A stretch of DNA of 64,000 nt from Lachnospiraceae bacterium. GTDB lineage: Bacteria > Bacillota > Clostridia > Lachnospirales > Lachnospiraceae. The notes beneath the pieces were generated by a model. That model saw only the letters and a list, made by a program, of their open reading frames with translations. It was not told the DNA's origin and did no database searches. Shown here one piece after another: positions 18,802 to 28,700 of the stretch; positions within the stretch are counted from its first letter, which is position 1, and every line of letters begins with the position of its first letter. A program made the position numbers and the translations under genes. The stretch spans positions 3,677-67,676 of the forward strand of contig JBJENW010000108.1 in assembly GCA_051880395.1 (NCBI GenBank), in the 5' to 3' direction.

Positions 18802-19179
18802 ATGAATCTTGAAAATATTTCAATTTTAATTGGTGATGATTCGATTCTTGCACGCAAACAATTAAAGGATGTACTAACTTCTTTTGGTGCAACACATTTT
18901 CTAGAAGGAGCGAACGGTGAGGAGGTTATTGAACTTTACAAGGCCAACAAACCGAATCTGGTTTTTCTTGATATTGTTATGCCTGTGAAAGACGGAATTA
19001 ATGCTGTCCGCGAAATCATCAACGTAAACCCGGATGCCGATATTGTTATGGTATCTTCTGTCGGAACGCAGGATCAATTGAAAGCTGCTATTAATGCCGG
19101 TGCGCATGATTTTATTCAGAAACCTTTAGATGCTGATCAGGTGCACGCAATCTTAAAAGTTCGATACGAAGGGAGATAG
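18802..19179 (+). CDS. cheY: CheY-like single-domain response regulator
   Basis: 125 aa from MNLENISILIGDDS, behind a GGAGGAGAGG RBS. The receiver residues are present: DD, FLDIVMP (phospho-Asp), SSVG and QKP. Confidence 0.85.
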   Translation: MNLENISILIGDDSILARKQLKDVLTSFGATHFLEGANGEEVIELYKANKPNLVFLDIVMPVKDGINAVREIINVNPDADIVMVSSVGTQDQLKAAINAGAHDFIQKPLDADQVHAILKVRYEGR

Positions 19180-19182
19180 AAT

Positions 19183-20064
19183 ATGTATACACAATTTTTT
19201 GGTAATTATCTCTTGCACCGTGGAGCGATCACACCAGAGCAGCTGATGGATGCAATGAAAGAAGAATCTTCTTCCCACATCAAGCTCGGTACTTTAGCGA
19301 TTCATTCCGGCTACATGACTGCAAGTGAAGTGGAAAACATTATTATTATGCAGACTCATCAGGATAAACGCTTTGGTGATCTTGCTGTGGAACAAGGATA
19401 TCTGACAAACGATCAGGTACGCGAATTGATTGAAACGCAGAATCCAAATTATTTATTACTTGGACAGATTTTAATCGAAAAGGGCTATCTGACACATTCT
19501 GAATTTGAAACCTTACTTTTGGATTATCAGTCAGAAAATGAAATTACTGAGCAGGATATTTCATCGAATGAGTTGGAACACATCCATACGCTGTTACGCA
19601 ACTTCTTGAAAACATTAGATTTTCAGGATCAGGATTATATCATTCAATATTTATCCCTGCTGTTTAATAATCTTATCCGATTTATCGGAGACGATTTTTC
19701 ACCGCTTGATCCGATTCCTTGCGAAGAGATTCCGATAACATACTGTATTTCTCAGCGAATCGGTGGTTCCATCCAGCTTCTCTCCGGATTAGAATTGGAC
19801 GAACCAACCGTCATCGCGTTCGCATCTCGCTATGTTGGTGACACCTTCACAGAATTCGATGAGTATGTAAAGGCTTCTGTTGAAGATTTCTTAAATTTAC
19901 ATAACGGACTGTTCAATGTCAATATGTCCAACAACAACTCGATCGAATTGTCTTTAGATCCACCGATGCGGATTGAAGATCCGATTTTCTCCTTAGAGGG
20001 AAAATCCTATCTCATTCCAATTGCTTATCCGTTTGGTATTCTTAATTTCATTTTGGCATTTTAA
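19183..20064 (+). CDS. protein with four tandem MshEN-type 24-residue motifs and a CheX-like C-terminal domain
   Basis: Residues 5-115 are four repeats of about 24 aa separated by 5-aa spacers. The pattern is xxGxx(L/A)(L/I/V)xxG(Y/A)(I/L/M)xxxx(L/V/F)xxx(I/L/M)xxQ. The C-terminal ASVEDFLNLHNG resembles the CheC/CheX E/D-x2-N-x3-G active-site helix. The gene starts 4 nt after cheY. Confidence 0.55.
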   Translation: MYTQFFGNYLLHRGAITPEQLMDAMKEESSSHIKLGTLAIHSGYMTASEVENIIIMQTHQDKRFGDLAVEQGYLTNDQVRELIETQNPNYLLLGQILIEKGYLTHSEFETLLLDYQSENEITEQDISSNELEHIHTLLRNFLKTLDFQDQDYIIQYLSLLFNNLIRFIGDDFSPLDPIPCEEIPITYCISQRIGGSIQLLSGLELDEPTVIAFASRYVGDTFTEFDEYVKASVEDFLNLHNGLFNVNMSNNNSIELSLDPPMRIEDPIFSLEGKSYLIPIAYPFGILNFILAF

Positions 20065-20105
20065 AAATCCAGGGTTTCCACTTTTTCGGAAACCCTGGAT
20101 TTTTA
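20064..20105. terminator. bidirectional terminator (cheY operon / thrC)
   Basis: AAAAATCCAGGGTTTCC-ACTTTTTC-GGAAACCCTGGATTTTT. Confidence 0.85.
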
Positions 20106-20116
20106 TTTCTTCATTT

Positions 20117-21607
20117 TTAAATTCCCAAGAATTTTTTTACAACTTCTGGCATTTCTTCTACTTCGCAAACGGTTTTATGGCGAATATCCGCATTCCGAAT
20201 TTCTTCGATCGCATTTGGAACTTTTACATTTCCAATTCTGCTCAGTTCGTCAACTAACTCGAAATCTCCCATTGCATCATATTTTTCTTTATCAATCGCA
20301 TCCATAACGCTTCTGGTAAATTTAAACGGACTTGCTGTTGAAGCAATAACGGTTTTTGTAGTATCCCCCGTATCTTTGCAATATTTTTTGTAAACACCTG
20401 CCGCAACAGATGTATGCGTATCAATGATATATCCTGTCTTTTCATACAAATTCTTGATGGTTGCCGCACACTCTGCTTCTGTCTCATAATTTCCATAGAA
20501 ATCCTTCAACTCTGCCTGCATCGCATCGGTGATCGTATAAACACCTTCTGTTGTCAGCTGTTTCATCAACTCCGCATTCTTTTTCGCATCATTTCCGGCA
20601 ATTCGATAGATCAGACGTTCCAGATTGCTGGAGATCAGAATATCCATCGACGGTGACGTTGTAAGAATGAAATCACGATTTTTATCATATGTACCTGTTG
20701 TAAAGAAATCATACAGTACTTTATTGTCATTTGACGCACAGATCAGTTTATTGATCGGAAGTCCCATATTTTTTGCATAATAAGCAGCTAAGATATTTCC
20801 AAAGTTTCCCGTTGGAACAACAACATTGATCTTTTCTCCTTCTTTGATGGAACCCTTCTTCAACAATTGACCATATGCATATACATAATAAACGATCTGC
20901 GGAACCAAACGTCCAATATTAATGGAATTAGCTGATGAGAACTGGAATCCGGCTGCATCCATCTCTTTTGCAAGCTGTGGATCAGAAAACATTTTCTTGA
21001 CACCTGTCTGAGCCTGGTCGAAGTTTCCATGGATTCCTACTACAAAGGTATTTTCTCCTTTTTGTGTTACCATCTGTTTTTCCTGAATCGGGCTGACGCC
21101 GTTCTTCGGATAAAATACTACGATTTTTGTTCCTTCTACATCCGCAAATCCAGCCAACGCTGCTTTTCCGGTATCTCCGGATGTGGCCGTCAAAATAACG
21201 ATCTCATTTTTTACCTGATTTTTCTTTGCGGAAGTAATCATAAGATGTGGCAAAATGGATAATGCCATATCCTTAAACGCAATTGTAGAACCGTGGAACA
21301 GCTCTAAGAAATATGCGCCGTCTGCTTCTTTCAACGGTGCGATTTCTTCTGTATCGAATTTACTGTCATAAGCACTACGAATACAGTGTTTCAGTTCTTC
21401 CTCCGTGAAATCGGTAAGAAACTGTTTCATAACAGCGTATGCCGTCTCCTGATAATTCATCTGAGCCAGATCCTTCAATGAAACATCCAATGCCGGAATC
21501 GAATCCGGTACAAATAAACCGCCATCATTTGCAAGTCCTTTCAAAATTGCCTGAGATGCTGTTACTTTTTCATCTGGGTTTCTTGTGCTTGAAAATAACA
21601 AATCCAT
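20117..21607 (-). CDS. thrC: threonine synthase
   Basis: 496 aa with the PLP-lysine motif TIAFKDMALS and the overall long-form ThrC layout. Confidence 0.9.
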   Translation of the reverse strand: MDLLFSSTRNPDEKVTASQAILKGLANDGGLFVPDSIPALDVSLKDLAQMNYQETAYAVMKQFLTDFTEEELKHCIRSAYDSKFDTEEIAPLKEADGAYFLELFHGSTIAFKDMALSILPHLMITSAKKNQVKNEIVILTATSGDTGKAALAGFADVEGTKIVVFYPKNGVSPIQEKQMVTQKGENTFVVGIHGNFDQAQTGVKKMFSDPQLAKEMDAAGFQFSSANSINIGRLVPQIVYYVYAYGQLLKKGSIKEGEKINVVVPTGNFGNILAAYYAKNMGLPINKLICASNDNKVLYDFFTTGTYDKNRDFILTTSPSMDILISSNLERLIYRIAGNDAKKNAELMKQLTTEGVYTITDAMQAELKDFYGNYETEAECAATIKNLYEKTGYIIDTHTSVAAGVYKKYCKDTGDTTKTVIASTASPFKFTRSVMDAIDKEKYDAMGDFELVDELSRIGNVKVPNAIEEIRNADIRHKTVCEVEEMPEVVKKFLGI

Positions 21608-21749
21608 TTATCCATCCATCCTTCTTATTTCAAAAATTTTTCTACTATGTAAAACTACACCATCTCATTATACGCGATAAAATCGCTCCCTGTCAATCAC
21701 ATTTCCCGGATTCCTCTAAAAATATCTCAACCATCGTTGGTATCCCCAC

Positions 21750-21947
21750 GCGGACGTTTCGCAACACGCCGGGCATCTCTGCGAAAAACACGGCTCCTGT
21801 TCAGGTAAGCTAACTCTTAAGATTCTCTAAGACACTCAGGATCGCCTTCGTGCCTAAGAGAATCTAAAGAGTGGATCTCACCTGCACCCGCCGAAACGTT
21901 TTTTCGCAGAGATGCCCGGCGTGTTGCGAAACTGTGTACTGGAAACG
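21750..21947. repeat. hairpin repeat, copy D (same ends as A, different interior)
   Basis: Ends GCGGACGTTTC...GAAACTGTGTACTGGAAACG. The 33-bp outer stem GTTTCGCAACACGCCGGGCATCTCTGCGAAAAA pairs perfectly with TTTTTCGCAGAGATGCCCGGCGTGTTGCGAAAC. Confidence 0.8.
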
Positions 21948-21975
21948 GAAAAGATCTCAACCAATCGGTTTCATT

Positions 21976-22062
21976 ACACAGTTTTCGGTATCCGGCAGGA
22001 GGCAAGGACCGGAAACTGTGTATTGGAAACGCTAGGTTGAAATATCTTAACCTCCCGTTTCC
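21976..22062. repeat. minimal copies of the same repeat ends (two short hairpins)
   Basis: First hairpin: ACACAGTTTTCGGT...ACCGGAAACTGTGTATTGGAAACG. Second hairpin: GGAAACGCTAGGTT...AACCTCCCGTTTCC. Confidence 0.6.
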
Positions 22063-22066
22063 GATA

Positions 22067-22402
22067 GACAGTTTCCGAAATTTGGCTGGGTGGGCAAGGC
22101 GGGGCGGCTGCTTTCAGAAGGGCTTTGACAGAAATGTTAGTGAGTTTGGGTGGACAAATCTGCGATGCCTTTGCTGTTTTGCCGAGAGGCGTACAAGCTG
22201 TGCGTAGGTGTATGCGGGAGAAAGAGTCCGCTTCTGAGTCTTTCTCCCACATACACCTGCGTGCAGCTTGTACGACATTCGGAAAACTGCAAAAATAAAG
22301 CATCGCAGATTTGCCCGCCCAAACTCGACTTCATTTCTGTCTAGCCCTTCTGAAAGCAGCCGCCCCGCCTTGCCCATCCAGCCAAATTTCGGAAACGTCC
22401 GC
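22067..22402. repeat. long hairpin-forming intergenic repeat, copy C (same orientation and core as B)
   Basis: GACAGTTTCCGAAATTTGGCTGGGTGGGCAAGGCGGGGCGGCTGCTTTCAGAAGGGC pairs with its complement and ends GGAAACGTCCGC. The core TTTGACAGAAATGTTAGTGAG...TGCGATGCCTTTGCTGT is shared with B. Confidence 0.85.
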
Positions 22403-22413
22403 ATAGAAAACAC

Positions 22414-23613
22414 TCAAATCCCCTGACAAAGCTGATTCATGGATAATACGATTCCCATGATGTCGGCCGAACATTTTTCCATGTTTTGGGACAGATAATT
22501 CACTTGAGAACGTGCTTTTTGAATCAAGGACTGGTTATAGTCCAAATGCTCCTGCAATTTATGCTGACGGTTGATGAGATTCTGCCGCTCTTTTTCTATC
22601 TCTTCGTCATCTAACAAAATATCGATCTGATCAAACCACAGTTTCTCATCTGTCAGATTCAACTCATGTAAAATCCTGCTTAATTTTTCCTCATAATATT
22701 CTAAATCATCGCTGGTTTCCATATACTTTTTACGCTGTTTCACACTGTCCATATACTGTTCCCATTCGTAAAGCAGCTCCTGACCACTTTTTACATGATA
22801 TTTTGCACAGGCATAATCAACCGCATTTGTTACATTCACATACTTCACTTTCATCTTATTTTCGCGCTCAATCGCATAATTCCGGTTGACGTTGATTTTA
22901 TGCAGTTCGGTAATATTGTACTGACGTTTCATAAAAATGCCAAATGTTAACATTGCGACAACAAAGATCAGAAGGAAAAATGCATTTTCACAATGCAGAC
23001 GAAATCCCTCCTTCAAAACAAATAGAAGCACGATCCCTACTCCACAGACACCACACAGACAATACAATAATTGCTGCAGCGTGGTCTGTTCTTCTGTCAG
23101 CTGTTCTTGTCGTATTGCCAACTGCTCTTTTTCGCTCGACAAATATTGCATATCTCGTTTCACGGCTGCCTGATATTTCTCGTTTGCCTGTAGGCGACGA
23201 ATCTCATCCGGCATTTCCTCTTCCTTCTGCTGCATCTGAAGAAAAATCGCATCTTCCATCCGATGGCCTGCTTTTCGGTAATTTTCTCTTGCATTTGTCA
23301 GTTTGCGCACATTTTGAACCGTCTCTTTGAGTTCCGCACTTTTTTCTTCCGGAAGTGCTTTCAGCTTTTCAATATCAGCCAGATAATCGCAAACCTCATG
23401 ATATTCTTTTCGACCTTCCTCTAACTCTTTTGTATTTTCCATGATCGTTTCACACTGAGAAACGATATAGTGTTCAATTTCCTCTCGATTACTTTTCGGT
23501 TTTGACACCCGCTCCACTGGCGGTAATTCCGGTTCTTCCTCCTCGCCAACCGAATATTGCTGAATCGGCTTTGACTGCTTTTCATTCTTTTTTTTCCAAT
23601 GAAACCACTTCAT
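22414..23613 (-). CDS. coiled-coil membrane protein, unknown function (4th gene of orphan operon)
   Basis: 399 aa. It has a charged, heptad-like N-terminal half, two hydrophobic helices (LLYCLCGVCGVGIVLLFVL and FFLLIFVVAMLTFGIFM) and a second coiled-coil-like half. A GGGGGAG RBS precedes it. Confidence 0.6.
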   Translation of the reverse strand: MKWFHWKKKNEKQSKPIQQYSVGEEEEPELPPVERVSKPKSNREEIEHYIVSQCETIMENTKELEEGRKEYHEVCDYLADIEKLKALPEEKSAELKETVQNVRKLTNARENYRKAGHRMEDAIFLQMQQKEEEMPDEIRRLQANEKYQAAVKRDMQYLSSEKEQLAIRQEQLTEEQTTLQQLLYCLCGVCGVGIVLLFVLKEGFRLHCENAFFLLIFVVAMLTFGIFMKRQYNITELHKINVNRNYAIERENKMKVKYVNVTNAVDYACAKYHVKSGQELLYEWEQYMDSVKQRKKYMETSDDLEYYEEKLSRILHELNLTDEKLWFDQIDILLDDEEIEKERQNLINRQHKLQEHLDYNQSLIQKARSQVNYLSQNMEKCSADIMGIVLSMNQLCQGI

Positions 23614-23637
23614 AAAAACTCCCCCTTATTTTCTTCA

Positions 23638-24462
23638 TCAGAAGACACATTTTTGCATATATTCATTTTTCCAGGCCGCCATGATCGTGTCCGCCTGTTC
23701 ATAAAACGCATTGATCTCTCCTTTTTCACGCAGTTCATACAACTGCTGCATCTGTGCATCTTCGACTAGTTGTTCCCTACTATTCTGATCCTTCAAAAAC
23801 GCTTCGATCTGATCCGAGGCATACTTTGCTTCTTCCATAAGACTTCGTGTCTTTTCTTCCCCATATGCCAAAAAACAGGATGCCCAGTACTCCTGCCCGA
23901 TCTGACTTGTATCTTGATAAGTGGAAGCCATTTCAAAACAATGCATCGCATCCTCAAATAAAAATATTCCGGCATAAGCAGTGCCGAGATTATTCCAAAC
24001 CTGACTTTGAAACACTGGTTTTTCCTCTTTTGTTTCAGAAAGCAGCAGTATTTTCCGATATTCCTGAATGGCAGCCACATATAAGTGTTTTTTTAGCATA
24101 CGGTCCGCACGCATTTTTTTTCGTTCTACCGGATTTTTCTTTTGAAACTCCTCAATCGTACTACATATCATAGAAATTTCCGAAGGTGTATGATATCCGC
24201 TCGCCTGTAAAAGACTTTCCATAAACAGCGCCACGTTTTTTCTTCGCCAATACAATTCCATTCGCTGCGCCAGGGAAGGCATTGCCAGCTCTTTTGTCAC
24301 CCATTCCAGAAATGACTGCCGCATAAAGGACGGCTGCGCCAGATCAATATTTTCCTGAATAAAATAGCTGATCTCCTCCAGGTTATAAAGATGCAATGAC
24401 AGTTCTTCTAACTCATACGGTGTTTGTGCCTGATTACGCCGGCATAAAATCACACTGCTCAT
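23638..24462 (-). CDS. helical / TPR-like protein, unknown function (3rd gene)
   Basis: 274 aa. The segment WNNLGTAYAGIFLFEDAMHCFEMAS is TPR-like. A strong AAGGGGGG RBS precedes it, with a 17-nt gap to the upstream gene. Confidence 0.55.
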   Translation of the reverse strand: MSSVILCRRNQAQTPYELEELSLHLYNLEEISYFIQENIDLAQPSFMRQSFLEWVTKELAMPSLAQRMELYWRRKNVALFMESLLQASGYHTPSEISMICSTIEEFQKKNPVERKKMRADRMLKKHLYVAAIQEYRKILLLSETKEEKPVFQSQVWNNLGTAYAGIFLFEDAMHCFEMASTYQDTSQIGQEYWASCFLAYGEEKTRSLMEEAKYASDQIEAFLKDQNSREQLVEDAQMQQLYELREKGEINAFYEQADTIMAAWKNEYMQKCVF

Positions 24463-24479
24463 TTCACATTCCCCCCTTT

Positions 24480-25712
24480 TTATAAACGAATCACATATTC
24501 CCAGGTTTGCCCGGTTGCAGCAAAAAATTCTCCGAATCCCTGATCTGTTAAAGACACCTTCACTTCCCGATCAGAAAGAGGTTCTGCTTTCACATGGAGC
24601 CGCGTCGTCCTTGGAGGCCGTTCGGGGAGTTCCGTTAACTGCAATGTCTGAATCTGTGCATTTCGACTTTGTGGCAATTGCAGATAAAAATCAATTGCTG
24701 ATGATTTATCAAGGATAATATCACATTCCCCTTTTGTCTCATACCAGTTTTCGCCGGCTGAGATCAGCGTAAACATACCATCCCCCTGTGCCCCCCGCAC
24801 TTTCATACTGACATTGACCTTCATCTCATTTTCGCCCATGTAGACAAACGGCCATTGCTGATTTGAATCCCGAATTGCTGCAAAATAACAGGCTCCTATG
24901 GAAAACAGATTTTTTCCCATAAAGGCTTTTCGATTCTTACACAAAATCTGCAGTGATTGCCGCATCCATCCTCCTTCAAACAAATCTCCTGTCAGATAGA
25001 CTGCTGAAACGATTCGCCCGGAAAGCTGTTGATTTGCCATTTCTGCAAATGCAGAATCTTTTTGTTCCCCAAGCGCTCCGAGTTTTTCTTCCGTAACCGT
25101 CACAAGCTGTGGACTGGTTTTCTGACTTCGTTCCAGACACCATGCAAAGATTTGATTCTCTTTTTCCCGAAACATCAAAACATCATGCAGCCACAGTTCC
25201 CGCTTCTGATTCAGCGTATATACATAAAAACTTTCTTTATAATTTTGAATATGCCAGTTTGCTGAGGAGATTCCTGCTTTTTTCAACGCCCATCCCAGTT
25301 TGCGCACCAGTTCTTTATTGACTTCCTCCATTGTAAGAACCAGCCGATCTACGCGAAACGGTGTTCCATTTTTTTCCGGAAGTGCCAGAACTTTCCGAAA
25401 AAACAACGCCAGAAGTTCAAACGCTTCGTAGCTTTCTTTGTCCCAGACGATTTTTTCTTCAGACATTGTTTTTTGTATTAAGTGATCTGCAAAACAAGGT
25501 TCGTTGAGCTGCATCTGCTTTTTTGCTTCATCCCCGTATAACCAATAGCTGGAATTTTTCTTATGTCCGATCACCAGAGGGATCTGATAGACATTTCTTC
25601 CTGCGACAGCACTCACCGTTTCCGGTTTTTCACTGTCTGCACGCATGAAACTGAGCATCACGCTTGTGTCACTGATATCCATGCCCGCATAACATCTTAT
25701 ACCTTCTATCAT
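24480..25712 (-). CDS. Hsp70/actin-fold ATPase-like protein without a substrate-binding domain (2nd gene)
   Basis: 410 aa. GMDISDTSVMLSF resembles Hsp70 phosphate-1 (GIDLGTTNS). RLVLTMEEVNKELVRKLGWALKKAGIS resembles the VITVPAYF...AG segment. VYLTGDLFEGGWMRQSL resembles the VLLVGGxTRxP adenosine motif. These are weak motif-level matches only. Confidence 0.5.
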   Translation of the reverse strand: MIEGIRCYAGMDISDTSVMLSFMRADSEKPETVSAVAGRNVYQIPLVIGHKKNSSYWLYGDEAKKQMQLNEPCFADHLIQKTMSEEKIVWDKESYEAFELLALFFRKVLALPEKNGTPFRVDRLVLTMEEVNKELVRKLGWALKKAGISSANWHIQNYKESFYVYTLNQKRELWLHDVLMFREKENQIFAWCLERSQKTSPQLVTVTEEKLGALGEQKDSAFAEMANQQLSGRIVSAVYLTGDLFEGGWMRQSLQILCKNRKAFMGKNLFSIGACYFAAIRDSNQQWPFVYMGENEMKVNVSMKVRGAQGDGMFTLISAGENWYETKGECDIILDKSSAIDFYLQLPQSRNAQIQTLQLTELPERPPRTTRLHVKAEPLSDREVKVSLTDQGFGEFFAATGQTWEYVIRL

Positions 25713-25729
25713 ATACTTCTCCCCCTTTT

Positions 25730-28700
25730 CTACAATATCAGGAACTGGTTGTTCACATTTTTCTCTCGACTTTTGTATTTTTCCATCAGACCAAGCATTG
25801 TTTCACTGTCTTCGAGTGCTCTCGATACTGCCATTCCGTTTAAAAGATCATATCGACTGTCATCATTTTCATTATAACCATCCGCATTCTGAATCACATT
25901 GCTTCCAGTAATATCCCATATACCATCGATTTTTTCCTGTACATAGTATTGAATTTTTTCCCCAAAGAACAACACAAAACTTTTGACATAAATCCCTTCA
26001 TACATTTCCTGCATTCGCTCTTTCTTGAAATCAACTTGCAGATCATATTCGGGTTGATAGCAGAGCATCACTTCTTTTCCCGGATCTGTGCGATACTCAA
26101 TAAATATTTTATCATAAAGATAAAATTCCTGCTGAATTTCATGAGGAAACTGTTTATAAAAACGGAAATACAAACCTTTCTGTATGCATTGTCCCAACAA
26201 GTCTTCGACAATTTCGCGTTCCGCCTGTGACAGACTCTGCTTCTGCGACAGCCATTGCAGTAATGCCAGCTCTCCCATTTGATTGATTGTATGTTCCTGA
26301 TACTGATGTAATAATTCTTCAAAAACAGACTCCGAAACAACCATCTTTTTCACAAAACTGCAATATGAATAGTAAGAAACATATGCTGCACAGATTTCAC
26401 TGCGACCACCGCTTTTGCAATAACTCTCATAAATCTCATCCGTATTTTCCACAAATACCGCCGTGGAAAGCATCTGAACCAGGAGACGTTCTTCCAGCTC
26501 TGCGGTATCCACCAGGAAATTCTTCGCCGTGCGAAAGAGTGCCGCCATTTTTGCGGTCGGTCCCTCATAATATTTGACCAGATAGTTCAGCAAAACATCA
26601 TTATATTTTCCTGCACGATACGCCGCCTCACTCAGATACAGTAGATTTTTTTCCCACTCATATGCGTGCTCTATGATCAAATAACTGCACAAAGAAAGAA
26701 GTCGTCCACTCTGCAATTGATCTACACTTCCACACGGAATCTGTTCGTATGCAGCTTCATACTCATGCAGTTCCACTAAAATCTCCACTGCCATCCTGTG
26801 TGCATCTCCATCGAGCAGTGAAAGATTTTCCTTTTTCAGATAAGGTGCTACCCGCTCAAAATCCCCCGCCTCATAACAATACCGAACTAACTCACAAATA
26901 AGCGTTTTTCGATATTCTTCGCGGATTTCTTTTGCTTTGATCAGATGCATCAGTAAATCCATTTTATCATTTTGCATCGCTTTTTCGACCGGACTACTCG
27001 AAAAATAATGCAGCAGATACGGAATCTTTTCCGGTGCCCATGAAATACATTTGCGTATATAATGTGATGGATGCATCAGTTTTTCCAGCTCGCAATCCTC
27101 TAAACCTGTCAAAAGATTTCCATATATATCTTCTAAAAGGATCACATAATTCGCAGAATAAACCTGCACATAAGCGATATGATTTACAAGTGGTACAACC
27201 TGCACTTTTTTCCACTCCTGCTGCGCTACTATGACGTAACGAATATCTGGTCGTTTGCAGACAAACTGACAAGTATAAAACAGTTCCGATAATTTCTTTG
27301 TAATTTCCGGATTAACCATTCCCGCTTCTAAAGCAGTATCATAAATCAGTGCCAGATTTGCATCCATATGATGTTGTTCCATCTGGCGCAATGCAAAATC
27401 TTCTATATTCTGCATATAATGTTCCAGCACATCCGGCTGCCTGTTACGATTTTTAATGATATTTACATACAATATCGCTTTTCGCGCTACCGGAAGCGTA
27501 TTTGTATTATATTGGAAATAAATCTGCACCTCTTTCGGCAATGGGTCCGTTCGCTGACTATCAATGGAAAGCAGATAGGATTCATATAGATTCGTGATAC
27601 GAAAATCTTTTTCGATTCCCATCGCATACCAATGCTGATACTGTACTCCGTATTTCGAAAAGCGAGTCAGATAACGGCAGATTATCTCTGCTAACTCCTC
27701 TGTCTGATATTGTTCATAACAACCGCACAAAATCTGATAGTTTTTTTCATCAAACGAACGCTCCATGGACAGTAATTTCAAAAAACGCTCCATCATCGCA
27801 TGTGTGAGCCCCTTTCTCTGAAGCCCCCACAATAAAATCCGTTTCTCATATGTTCCCAGTTTTTTCATCAGATTCGGTTCTTCCTGATAAAGATAAAATG
27901 CCTCCATATAGAAAAATGGACTGGCATGTCCGCTGCAAATGTGTTTTTCCAGTGCCTGTTGGCGTACCTTGTGATCGGTGAAATAATCTTCTCGTAAAAA
28001 CAAGAGCACCCAGAATAAAATCTCCGGTTTTCCTCTCTTTTGATAGATGACCTCTATCTCTTCTGTAAGCTTATTTACATAAGATGCTTCTCGCTCTATC
28101 AATGTCAAAAGATACAGATAATACGCCCATTCTGTCGTATCTGTCTCTTTAAAATGTTCGCGCTTAAATGCATCTAAAATCCATTCTGCTTCCTGTCGCT
28201 GTTTATTCAAAAGATACGCCTGTGCTTTCATCAAGCGATAAATATCCTGTTTTGTCAATCGAAACAATTGATCTAATAATTCATTTGACTTCTGACACCA
28301 TTCTCCCGTCACGATTTTCTGAAATCGATAATCCATATACAGTTTTGTTAATTCTGCCTGATATTTTTGTTTTTCCCAAATCAGCTTTTTCTGTTGAGGA
28401 TGTCGACTCGTCTGCTCCACCAAAAGTTCCACCTGCTCAATTTGATTCGTTCCTGCAATCGTAATGCGAATGAAATTTTTTCCATGATGCAGCTTTTGGG
28501 GATCGATCACATAAGGAATCTGCAGTACATCTCCCACAAAATCCTCTGTTTCAAACAATTGTTTACTAAAACAGATTCCCGCAGAATCTGCAGTGACCGA
28601 AAGACTGAGATACCCCCAGCTGTCTTTTTCAACCTGTAAAAGCTCCTGACTCGGTTCCTTGATATCTTGAAAATTACGCGTAGAATCCAATACACGAAAT

